Origin: a virus | Virus record (IMG/VR): IMGVR_UViG_3300043823_000198 | Location: 32,001 to 96,000 of that record | Direction: 5' to 3' (one strand) | DNA: 64,000 nucleotides | The notes under the pieces: model-generated | Told to the model about the DNA's origin: nothing | The model's database searches: none | The model's input: the letters and a program-made list of their open reading frames with translations, nothing else | Part shown: positions 30,501 to 37,686 of the stretch, piece by piece | How positions within the stretch are numbered: position 1 is the stretch's first letter | How the letters are laid out: every line of letters starts with the position of its first letter | Program-made: the position numbers and the translations under genes

Positions 30501-31144
30501 CTACTGGTGCATTTAACCTAAGTGGTTCTACTATTACATCTACTAACTACGCTGTTCGCGCAGCAATGGCAACCATTACTCCAGGCAGCTATATAACTAT
30601 ATCAAGCGCAACAAATGCTGGTAATGATATTACTGTAATGGTAACTGGTTATTCTGATACCAACCCAGGAATCTTTACTTCTGGCTCCACTGGAACTGGT
30701 ACTCTAACAGTGAATGGTTCATTCATTAGCGAGTCTACTTCTCCAGCAACAGTTTCTCTGCGTCAATTGTTTGTTGATGAAACTGGACCAAGTGGTAGCT
30801 CATCAATTAGTAAGTATGTGACACAACCAATTAAATTGGCAGCAGCTTCTACATACACTAAGGTTATGTTCTCTGCAAATATTCCTATTGCAGCTAACGT
30901 ACTGGTATATTATAAGACTTGCGTTGGAGACTCTTCTCAGTTGGCAACAACTGATTATGTGTTAATGACACCAGATTCTAATATTCCATACAAACAAGTC
31001 GGAGATCTATCGTTTAGTGATATTACTTACACTGTATCAAATGGTGTTCCATATGATACAATTACCATTAAACTTGTTATGAATTCAACTTCTAGTTCTC
31101 AAATTCCGTTAATTAAGGATTTCAGGGTAATTTCTTGTGCATAA
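24557..31144 (+). CDS. Large virion structural protein (DUF4815/VrlC-like)
   Basis: PYNDDY, VQARELTQMQS, APGADR, LEYYTSLS.LE, RFKNGF.VDNF, NPFAV, DPLAESF. Confidence 0.88.
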   Translation: MTIDFNTQPYNDDYNEDNRYYRILYKPSYAVQARELTQMQSILQNQIKRFGDNVFKQGAMVIPGQVSVQTITQPNSGINYVKLQSLNSNGIAVETFLSSLVGKTIVGQTTGVTAQVTQVAHASGSDPSTIYVNYTASGTNNSTSIFADGEIISTSDSLYTFNAYGTSGSGLTTATGLGSGASIQRGVYYFNGYFCLVEAQSIILDKYDNTPSKKIGLIWSESIVDSSEDASLLDNAQNSYNYAAPGADRYFIELTLVSYNLTDTTDPSFVELIRVTNGAIFTLTNTTSYNDPAAAIAQAIYDTEGNYTVNPFLLDIREDRTNNRGTWASNTAYLIDDIVTYNGNTYVAQNSGTSVSTPPTQTNGTAYDGPSNTGINWLYNANPAYNNGINVGGSVNNLAVGLEAGTAFVQGYEFTKLGTTYLTVPKPRTTVQLTNFVIPGPDDVGNYVLVSNLHGLPPINDGTHAPYQTINLYDTITGAAPGSAPSGGTLVGTARVRYIEFHSGDDPFDSSTVYKLGLFNVQMLPGYTFNQNVKSFYYGTFSSDISPVITQQTGSATTSGTSVTGYGTSFQTNFVVGDLIVFNIGSSQEFGKITAINSQTSITLAAALTTAESSQVSIGRCTTQILEPNSNSLIFPLPNYAINSVRTSTGTINANYTVYEQYTANASGTSVTFTTSNGTFESYAGVSNYVFCNITTGVVFTPAASQVSISGTSLTVSSLTSGQAVSGNVISVIAGVTRSGTGNEKTKTLVTTTVVINSQAQAQGNIVTLPNADLFKVISIRQADGQAWGSTPTSSQWVTDISENYTVNNGQTNEYYGLASLVLNPSYNVPTAPIQVTYQYFTHGQGDYFTVNSYNSIAYTDIPPTLRDSLDFRPRVADYSAGTAPNFSSSGSSFTTTPKRGVYFTADYSYYLGRTDAIVIDINGNFSDIQGVASLQPAAPSIPTNSMGLYSLSLEPYVFGTSSSSIVPTTISSRRYTMSDIAKLDTRISNLEYYTSLSMLEQSTQSLTTTDSTGLNRFKNGFAVDNFSGQNGLGNPTDPDYLCSIDSQNGILRPFYSMDNVNLIELNSNTAQRTASNYQVTGDIITLPYTTAPFITQSVASELENINPFAVYTFLGSVNLNPPSDDWFETTSLPDIVNNVMGNYNSILAAFQAANIVGANGVGTVWNAWQTIWSGASTITGVNVTSGNTIYSAYSQLTTGILNGTITNGSNFSANPGVTSTAQHGWSIDAGQYTANVTTATQVGQTRTGVAYSVQSETDYQTVGTSVVSTAVIPYIRSRNVLVQVKGLKPLTQVYPYFDSVSVASYCTPSVKMVYTLSSGSFDCTTNAGAQASASARQIAGDSQVCLNIGDVITGTVSGATAVVINKYTDYSTSALYLELANVIGTFNANETITGSISSAVGAVVSVTIPSNNNLVTNKLGELNFLFDIPNNSSLQFRTGTRTFTLLDTNTFTGDYTTKASGTYEATGILNTTQTTINAVQNANVVQEQVTDNQTVYQTSTNTITANGWYDPLAESFYVSSTGGAFLTSIDIYFASKDSNVPVTLQIRNMVNGNPGSLILPFSEVTLTPDQVNISSNDVVIADGSSWPTFDTPTTFTFETPVYVQDQTEYCFVLKSDSNGYNVWVSNMGDLIPGTDTYVTEQPYAGVMFLSQNASTWTPDQNRDIKFTINRAVFNTSVVGNVEFTNDIIPLDVLENNPFQTNVGSTTVRIWHPAHNMPANSTVKIDGFNAANNITGTITTSSTSSTVTGTGTAFSTQLVVGSCLYDDNMNLIGQVASISSNTSLTLTANATEALTGYQPNYINPISGIPASQIIGTHIISNVLFDAYTITVSTAATVAGYQGGAGWRASKNVQFDVLNPTIQMQTFPQCTTSFSAKTTSGQSINGSETPYITSSTFNPCIIGNNNSYYSPQMIASSVNEAANLSGNKSLTFSATMQTSIDTVSPVIDTTRASLICINNAINKPTESNTDLAALDVISVFSGSTGAFNLSGSTITSTNYAVRAAMATITPGSYITISSATNAGNDITVMVTGYSDTNPGIFTSGSTGTGTLTVNGSFISESTSPATVSLRQLFVDETGPSGSSSISKYVTQPIKLAAASTYTKVMFSANIPIAANVLVYYKTCVGDSSQLATTDYVLMTPDSNIPYKQVGDLSFSDITYTVSNGVPYDTITIKLVMNSTSSSQIPLIKDFRVISCA

Positions 31145-31376
31145 TAGATACTTGAAAGTCAGAGGATATGAGGGTCTTGTTAGAGACACCTCCTCTGGTG
31201 CTATTATAAATACAAATACAGCTGAACTGCAGAATTATTTACGCCAAAGAGAGTTGGCGGAACAAAAAGATCTTCAAATTTCTAAACAATCTGAAGACAT
31301 AAATAATATGAAAGAAGAAATTCAGGAAATAAAATCGTTGATTTATCAACTATTGGACACTAAGGGTAACAAATGA
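31137..31376 (+). CDS. Small coiled-coil phage protein
   Basis: GTG start overlapping previous stop; LVRDTSSGAIINTN plus coiled coil; contains TATAAATA at 31205-12. Confidence 0.75.
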   Translation: MHNRYLKVRGYEGLVRDTSSGAIINTNTAELQNYLRQRELAEQKDLQISKQSEDINNMKEEIQEIKSLIYQLLDTKGNK

Positions 31377-32608
31377 CAACATATACAGTAGGTGCACCAA
31401 CTCTGGTTTTAAGAGCTTCCAAAGGAAGTCCACTATTAAACTCAGAAGTTGATGCTAACTTTACCAATTTAAGTAATGCGGTACAAACATCTCTATTGGC
31501 AAGCACTTATACTGCTGCAGATGTTCTTTCTAAATTAAACTCTGTCACTGCATATAACCAATCTTCTGGTTTAAATGCTGACACTTTAACTTGGAATGGT
31601 GGCAATAGAGCTGCAAGTAGCGCCAATACAGCAAATACAATTGTTGCAAGAGATGGTAATGGAGCATTTACTGCCACTACTATTAACGCAACTACATTCA
31701 ATGGAACATTCTCTGGAACTGCTGCAATTACTTCTGGTTCTATCGCTTTAAGTACTGCCTTGGCAATTACTTCTGGTGGTACTGGAGCTACTTCTGCTTC
31801 TGCCGCAAGAACTAACCTTGGATTGGCGATTGGTTCAAACGTAGAAGCATGGAGCGCTAACTTAGATGCGCTTTCTGGAGTTTCTTCTTCTGCAAACGTA
31901 CTTCCATATTTTACTGGTGTGGGAACTGCATCTGTTACATCGTTCCCATCATACGCTCAATCTCTTGTAGGGTCTAGTTCTGCATCAGCTGCTCAGTCTA
32001 CTCTTGGTTTAGTTATTGGTACCAACGTTCAGGCTTATTCATCAAATTTGGCGGCAACATCTAGTGTTTCTTCTGGTATTATCGCAATGCAAGGAACAGG
32101 ATCTGCTTCTGGTGTAACAATCACGGCTGGCTCTGGTATCTCTGTTTCTAACGGTAACGGTGTTGGTGGTAACCCAACTATTTCTGCAGCTGTTACATCT
32201 GTTCAGGGTATGACTGGCGCAGTTTCTGTTTCTGTTCCTGTTACTTCTGTTCAGGGTATGACTGGAAATTTGACAGTTACTAATATTTCTGGTAGTGCTG
32301 GATACGCATCTTCAGCTGGATACGCATCTTCAGCTGGATACGCATCTTCAGCTGGTGGTGGATGGCCAGGTGCGTTATCATCATTCCATAATAACTTGGG
32401 TAACTATGGTGGATGGGTTCCGCATGGAAATAAGGGAACTGGCAACAACCCTAGCAATGCATGGGGGCGTAACGCTGGAGCATATAATCATGGTCATATT
32501 CCTGGTTCTCACCACTCATATAACTGTCACAATCAAATGCATTTAGACACAGGTCAAGGATTGGATCACTATCACCATTTCATTAATTGCAGAAATTGTA
32601 ACTGCTAA
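31373..32608 (+). CDS. Tail fibre-like protein with His/Cys-rich C-terminal tip
   Basis: KGSPL..EVDANF head, GGTGA..AARTNLGL and VTSVQGMTG fibre repeats; ends HYHHFINCRNCNC. Confidence 0.8.
   Translation: MTTYTVGAPTLVLRASKGSPLLNSEVDANFTNLSNAVQTSLLASTYTAADVLSKLNSVTAYNQSSGLNADTLTWNGGNRAASSANTANTIVARDGNGAFTATTINATTFNGTFSGTAAITSGSIALSTALAITSGGTGATSASAARTNLGLAIGSNVEAWSANLDALSGVSSSANVLPYFTGVGTASVTSFPSYAQSLVGSSSASAAQSTLGLVIGTNVQAYSSNLAATSSVSSGIIAMQGTGSASGVTITAGSGISVSNGNGVGGNPTISAAVTSVQGMTGAVSVSVPVTSVQGMTGNLTVTNISGSAGYASSAGYASSAGYASSAGGGWPGALSSFHNNLGNYGGWVPHGNKGTGNNPSNAWGRNAGAYNHGHIPGSHHSYNCHNQMHLDTGQGLDHYHHFINCRNCNC
32297..32350 (+). repeat. Perfect 18-nt tandem repeat x3 (AGYASS)
   Basis: GCTGGATACGCATCTTCA three times. 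Confidence 0.97.
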
Positions 32609-32618
32609 GGAATAATAA

Positions 32619-33551
32619 ATGTCAATAAAATATGTAACCCAGAAAGTTGACCCATTAAGATTATCGTATCCAGGTAGATATGGAACACAGTCGTTTGTTT
32701 CTCAATCGTATGTCGATCAAACCACAGATCCAACATCAACATTTGAAGCTCAACTTAATACACCACAAGCGCAAAGAAAAACGACAACATCGAATTGGCA
32801 TACTACTCCAATTCAATTTGAGTATAAATTTGATACTGTTGATGCAAATAACATTCAAGTTACATTCACAAATGTAACTGAGAATAAAATATTTTTCACA
32901 TATATTATTAATTTTACTCAAACTCTTCTAAATACATTTGTTGCACAGACAGTTTATGGAGTAGCAACAGAGTATCATGCAGAAAATAATGGCAAAACAG
33001 AAGTTGTAAGTCCTGGAGATATTGTTAATTATTCTGATACTACATTTTCAACCAAAGATGAAGCGCCACATTTTGTTGGTAAATCTATTGTAAAATTCTT
33101 TTGCACAAAAAATAATCCAACAATCAATGATTTGATTTTTATGGTTTATGCTCCAGTGGCACCAAATGATCCTTCTGCGCCAAATACATATGGCGCACAA
33201 AATGTAGATCCAACATGGGCGCCACATACTATAACAGTCGATGGAACTGCAATTGATTCGACTTCTTTCGTAAAAGAAATTGCTTCTATTAAAGATTTAT
33301 TATATCCAATCACAACTTCTTACACTACTTCTGGAAATGTTATTACAGTTAATGTTACAACAAATCCAGCAATTACAGAAGTATATTTAAGTTCTACTGT
33401 TGGATATATTGCTAAGACTGTAGTTCCAATAACAAATGGAACTGGAACATTCAATGTTGTTACTACTGGCTTAAATTCTGGTGATGTTGTTAATGTTAAA
33501 ATTGGTTATAAATATTGGAGTAACGTAGTTACTTTTAATACAACAATCTAA
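32619..33551 (+). CDS. Hypothetical protein with beta-rich/Ig-like C-terminus
   Basis: AAGGA SD; 310 aa; C-terminal VYLSSTVGYIAKTVVPITNGTGTF..GLNSGDVVNVKIG. Confidence 0.75.
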   Translation: MSIKYVTQKVDPLRLSYPGRYGTQSFVSQSYVDQTTDPTSTFEAQLNTPQAQRKTTTSNWHTTPIQFEYKFDTVDANNIQVTFTNVTENKIFFTYIINFTQTLLNTFVAQTVYGVATEYHAENNGKTEVVSPGDIVNYSDTTFSTKDEAPHFVGKSIVKFFCTKNNPTINDLIFMVYAPVAPNDPSAPNTYGAQNVDPTWAPHTITVDGTAIDSTSFVKEIASIKDLLYPITTSYTTSGNVITVNVTTNPAITEVYLSSTVGYIAKTVVPITNGTGTFNVVTTGLNSGDVVNVKIGYKYWSNVVTFNTTI

Positions 33552-33571
33552 TTTAAACAACTTGGAATGAT

Positions 33572-34963
33572 ATGGCGAAATTTGTTATAACTGTAAAACA
33601 CCCTGAAAAAGATGAACTTAAAAAAGTAGTATACGACAGCTCCATCAGTACCTTAACATGGGAAGATGGAACTCCTGTTGTAGAAAATACTCTTACTCAA
33701 GTAGAAGTTCAAAACCCTGCTAAAATTGAAAATGGAAAGAAAGACCTAAAGACTGTAAAAATACAGCTAGGTCTTTCATGCAATTTTGAATGCGATTATT
33801 GTAATCAGAGATTCGTACCTCATGCAGATTCAACTAATCCAGAAGACGTTCAGCCGTTCGTTGATAATATGTCTTCATGGTTTCCAGGTGGGAGGGATGG
33901 TTTAGGCAATGGTACTAAAATTGAATTTTGGGGAGGAGAACCATTAGTTTATTGGAAAACTCTAAAACCATTGGCAGAAGCATTAAGAGAAAAATATCCA
34001 AATGCAATTTTTGGTATAGTAACAAATGGTAGTTTGTTAGATTCAGAAAAAAATGCATGGTTAGACAGACTTGGTTTTGGAGTCGCAGTTTCTCATGATG
34101 GTCCAGGTCAATTTGTTCGAGGACCAGACCCTCTACTAGACGAATTATCAAAATCTGGAATTATTGAATTATATAAAATTCTTGCGCCTAAAGATAGGTT
34201 TACATTTAATTCTATGATCAACTCTAAAAATATTAGTAGAGCTGATATTGAACAGTTTTTTGTAAAATTTGTATCAGAAAATATCGGAGAAGAATATCTT
34301 GAATATTTAATAATTGGAGAGGGCGGTTTCGTTGATGCTTATGACGAAGGTGGAATGGCTAATTCTTTATTAGACGAAGAAGAAGATATTCGATATCGAA
34401 ATATTGCATTAAATGATCTTCGTTCTGGAAATGTAAAACGATTTGAAGTTATACAAAGCAAATATCATGAGTTTGCTAATACAATTATGAATGGTATTCG
34501 AATAGAATCAGTTCCACAAAAATGTGGTATGGACAAATCTAATCAGATGGCAGTTGATCTAAATGGTAATGTTCTGACATGTCAGAACGTCAGTGCTGTT
34601 TCTAATAATCCAGCAGGAGTTTCACATAAAATTGGACATGTTTCTGATTTATCTTCTGTAGAATTAAAGACAGCCACTCATTGGAGCGATAGAAGCGAAT
34701 GCCCAAACTGCCCAGTAGTTCATATATGCAAAGGAGCATGTATGTTTCTCAGTGGTGATCTTTGGGAAGCGAGTTGTAACAATGCGTTTAGCGACAATAT
34801 TTTAATATTCACTCTTGCTATTGAAGATGCTACAGGTGGTTGGATTCCAGGATATATTGATGGTCCATTAAGGGAAGATAGAAAAGATATCTACTGGTGG
34901 ATCAACGGTAAGCCAGAAAAAACACGAAAAGCAAAGAAATTTATTCCTATAATGGCGGTTTAA
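33572..34963 (+). CDS. Radical SAM enzyme with SPASM domain
   Basis: CNFECDYC, WGGEP, TNG, SHDG; SPASM C-x18-C ... CPNCPVVHICKGAC ... C. Confidence 0.95.
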   Translation: MAKFVITVKHPEKDELKKVVYDSSISTLTWEDGTPVVENTLTQVEVQNPAKIENGKKDLKTVKIQLGLSCNFECDYCNQRFVPHADSTNPEDVQPFVDNMSSWFPGGRDGLGNGTKIEFWGGEPLVYWKTLKPLAEALREKYPNAIFGIVTNGSLLDSEKNAWLDRLGFGVAVSHDGPGQFVRGPDPLLDELSKSGIIELYKILAPKDRFTFNSMINSKNISRADIEQFFVKFVSENIGEEYLEYLIIGEGGFVDAYDEGGMANSLLDEEEDIRYRNIALNDLRSGNVKRFEVIQSKYHEFANTIMNGIRIESVPQKCGMDKSNQMAVDLNGNVLTCQNVSAVSNNPAGVSHKIGHVSDLSSVELKTATHWSDRSECPNCPVVHICKGACMFLSGDLWEASCNNAFSDNILIFTLAIEDATGGWIPGYIDGPLREDRKDIYWWINGKPEKTRKAKKFIPIMAV

Positions 34964-34964
34964 T

Positions 34965-35234
34965 ATGAGTTACATTGACGGATATTTGGTTGAGATAAAT
35001 CAGTTTCCAAGATTTGGAGAAAGGTTTACAATAAAAAGTTATTTCTATTACAACTCAAATACAAAAGAATATGGTTACAGGGATACAGTTATCCCAAAAG
35101 AACAAATTATAAATAATGATGATATGACGGAAGAATTAGTTGCAAACATTATAAATAATAATATACCTGCAATGAGAAGGGTCATTGACCCAATAAATTT
35201 AACAGAAAGTTGGATTTTTGAGCCAACAGCATAA
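34965..35234 (+). CDS. Hypothetical protein
   Basis: 89 aa, starts 1 nt after the rSAM stop. Confidence 0.65.
   Translation: MSYIDGYLVEINQFPRFGERFTIKSYFYYNSNTKEYGYRDTVIPKEQIINNDDMTEELVANIINNNIPAMRRVIDPINLTESWIFEPTA
35108..35157 (+). promoter_or_regulatory. Two perfect TATAAATA late promoter motifs upstream of dctP-like gene
   Basis: TATAAATA at 35108-15 and 35150-57. Confidence 0.55.
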
Positions 35235-35244
35235 GGAAAACAAA

Positions 35245-36192
35245 ATGAATTCTAAACATGTAAAATGGGTTATTGCTCACGAACCTATTGGTTTGTTTTT
35301 AAAAGTAGCCGAACATTTTGCTAAAGAAGTTAACGAAAAAACCAACGGTATGTTTAATATCGAAGTTCTTTCATTGTCTGATTATACAGCAAAATACAAT
35401 GATGGCAAAGCAATTACCAAGTATGATCTAATGGAATTGATCAATACTGGTAAGATCGAAATGAGTCACATCTATACCACTTGGCTTGGCGATTATAACA
35501 AAGATCTACATGCTTTAGATCTACCATTCCTATTCCGCGACCATGCTCATGCTGACGCTGTTTTAGAAGGTGAGGTTGGTGCTGAGTTATTAGCTGGCGT
35601 TTCTAAGAATAGCAATATCCATGCTATGTCTTTCACTTACTCTGGTGGTTATCGTGTTGTTCCAGCGAACTTCCGTGCTGACACTGTTGAGTCATGGAAA
35701 GGTCAAGCTGTTCGTACTTCTCGTTCTCCAGTTGCTGTTGAAACATTCAAGCTACTTGGCGCTGAACCAAAAGAGAACATCGCTCTAGAAGAAATGAACG
35801 AATTTGCCGATCGTGGCGAAATCGCTGCTGGTGAATCAACATACGTTCGTATTTTCCCACTCGATCAATATAAGTCGTTCAAGGTTGTTAATGACACTGC
35901 TCACAGCTTGTTCTTAACTTCTATTATTGTTAACAAAGATTTCATGGCTCAATTCGATAAGCAGACTCAAGAGATTATGGCTCAGGCTGCATTTAATGCT
36001 GCTCGTGCTGAACGTCGCGAATCTGTTGCTGATATTCCTAACATTCTTGCTGAATGTAAAGAGAAGGGTGTTGAAGTTGTTCGTATGAATGAAACCGAAG
36101 AGAAGAAATTTAAAGAGATTACTTCTAAGGTTTATGATGTCTTCGCTGATTATTTTACACCTGGACTTGTGCATAAGATCCAATTACATTAA
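35245..36192 (+). CDS. dctP: TRAP transporter substrate-binding protein (DctP family), no signal peptide
   Basis: FAKEVNEKTNG..IEV, LDLPFLFRD..HA..VLEGEVG..LL, GYR, VR, LGA.P; start reset to ATG 35245 after AAGGA. Confidence 0.9.
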   Translation: MNSKHVKWVIAHEPIGLFLKVAEHFAKEVNEKTNGMFNIEVLSLSDYTAKYNDGKAITKYDLMELINTGKIEMSHIYTTWLGDYNKDLHALDLPFLFRDHAHADAVLEGEVGAELLAGVSKNSNIHAMSFTYSGGYRVVPANFRADTVESWKGQAVRTSRSPVAVETFKLLGAEPKENIALEEMNEFADRGEIAAGESTYVRIFPLDQYKSFKVVNDTAHSLFLTSIIVNKDFMAQFDKQTQEIMAQAAFNAARAERRESVADIPNILAECKEKGVEVVRMNETEEKKFKEITSKVYDVFADYFTPGLVHKIQLH

Positions 36193-36209
36193 TCTGAATG
36201 ATGATAAAT

Positions 36210-36233
36210 AAAGGGAGCTTCGGCTCCCTTTTT
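36210..36233 (+). terminator. Intrinsic terminator with C(UUCG)G loop
   Basis: AAAGGGAGC-TTCG-GCTCCCTTTTT. Confidence 0.9.
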
Positions 36234-36248
36234 ATTTTGAGGAAAATT

Positions 36249-37295
36249 ATGGAACAAGATTTTAAAGAATCAATTTTATACTATGATAAGAAGAATGTGT
36301 CTAATTTTGCGCAAAACGATTATACAAAAATTTATAGATTTTTGAATCCAATCACGGATTATAAAGTTTTTCACACATATCTAAGACTTGGTTTAATGGA
36401 ACACAATGCTGTTTATGATAGGAGTGGAGAAATCCCACACTTTCTTAATATGGCAGAAGATTTACATCCATTACCAAAACACATAGAAGGTTATAACAAA
36501 TCTTTTTATGAAGTCGCAGAAAATAGAGCAAAAGAACTACTAGCGTTAAATCAACCGATTAATGTTATGTGGTCTGGTGGTCTTGATAGCACATTCGCAT
36601 TGTTCATGTTACGTAAATTTGCAAACGACAAAGATCAAGTTCGAGTATATGGAACATATAACTCTATCATTGAATCTGGCGACATGTTCGACCGTGTCAT
36701 TAAAGATAATTTCAAATACGAGATATCAACTGCAACACGCAACGACTTAAATTTAAATTCTGAAGGAATTTACGTTAGTGGTATGTGTGGTAATCAATTG
36801 TTTGGTCCAACAGATGATATGTTTGGTAATAATATGTTATTTCATCATACACTTGGAACACCTGAAACAATTTATGAATCATATGAAAAAAATATTGATC
36901 CAGAGTTACTTGAATTTTTATATCCAGCAATTAAGGTTAGCCCAAGAAAAATTGAAACAGTTGCAGATTTAAGATGGTATTGTATATTTAATTTAGACTG
37001 GTATACAGCAATATACGAACATAAAATTTTATTACCAAAAGAAAAAGCTGAGAAAATTTATGGATTTTTTGATTCTATTGAGTTTCAGGAATGGGCTGCT
37101 AACACAAAAGAACCTTTTACAAAAGTGCAAGGAGATCCAAATACTCATCGCTGGCAAATGAGAGAGATTCTTAGTGATATTTTTGGTGAAGTTGAATATG
37201 CAAAAAATAAAGAAAAGAAAATCTCTAATTTTTCAATAACTGAACCAGGCTGGATTGCGCTTTTAGAAGATTATCGAAATGTTTTTATCGATTAA
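36249..37295 (+). CDS. PP-loop ATP pyrophosphatase, asparagine-synthetase C-domain-like
   Basis: MWSGGLDS PP-loop; VSGMCGNQLFG resembles the AsnB SGEGADELFG motif; no glutaminase domain; start reset to ATG 36249 after GAGGA. Confidence 0.75.
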   Translation: MEQDFKESILYYDKKNVSNFAQNDYTKIYRFLNPITDYKVFHTYLRLGLMEHNAVYDRSGEIPHFLNMAEDLHPLPKHIEGYNKSFYEVAENRAKELLALNQPINVMWSGGLDSTFALFMLRKFANDKDQVRVYGTYNSIIESGDMFDRVIKDNFKYEISTATRNDLNLNSEGIYVSGMCGNQLFGPTDDMFGNNMLFHHTLGTPETIYESYEKNIDPELLEFLYPAIKVSPRKIETVADLRWYCIFNLDWYTAIYEHKILLPKEKAEKIYGFFDSIEFQEWAANTKEPFTKVQGDPNTHRWQMREILSDIFGEVEYAKNKEKKISNFSITEPGWIALLEDYRNVFID

Positions 37296-37315
37296 TAGCA
37301 TTAAATTGCATATAT

Positions 37316-37323
37316 TATAAATA
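37316..37323 (+). promoter_or_regulatory. T4 late promoter
   Basis: Perfect intergenic TATAAATA. Confidence 0.8.
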
Positions 37324-37353
37324 AAAGGGTATAGAAACATTGGGAAATAGTAA

Positions 37354-37686
37354 ATGGCGACAATTAGCAACCTTTTTGTTGATGCGGGGAGCGACTACAG
37401 CAACATAATTACTGTTGCTGGAAGTAATGGCCAAGCATTGAATTTGACTGGTTATACTGTGGCTTCTCAGATGAGAAAGTCATATCTTTCATCGACTTCA
37501 TATCCATTTACAGCTTCAATTTACAATGCTACAACTGGTCAGGTAAGTATACAGTTATCTTCTGCTTCTTCAGCTGCTATGTGGCCAGGAAGATACCTTT
37601 ACGATGTAGAAATAACATCACCGTCTGGAACACGAACAAGAGTCGTTGAAGGCATTGTAACAATTACCCCTGAGATAACAAAATAA
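37354..37686 (+). CDS. Small virion/fibre adaptor protein
   Basis: NLFVDAGSDY, LNLTGY.VASQMRKSY, GRYLYDVEI..RVVEGIVTITP. Confidence 0.75.
   Translation: MATISNLFVDAGSDYSNIITVAGSNGQALNLTGYTVASQMRKSYLSSTSYPFTASIYNATTGQVSIQLSSASSAAMWPGRYLYDVEITSPSGTRTRVVEGIVTITPEITK

Noticed and set aside
32297-32350. CRISPR array
   Set aside because: Repeats are contiguous, in frame and have no spacers; no cas genes
33572-37295. 7-deazaguanine DNA-modification pathway (QueE/QueC)
   Set aside because: The rSAM has a SPASM domain unlike QueE, the PP-loop protein lacks the C-terminal Cys zinc site of QueC, and no folE, queD or dpdA is present in the window
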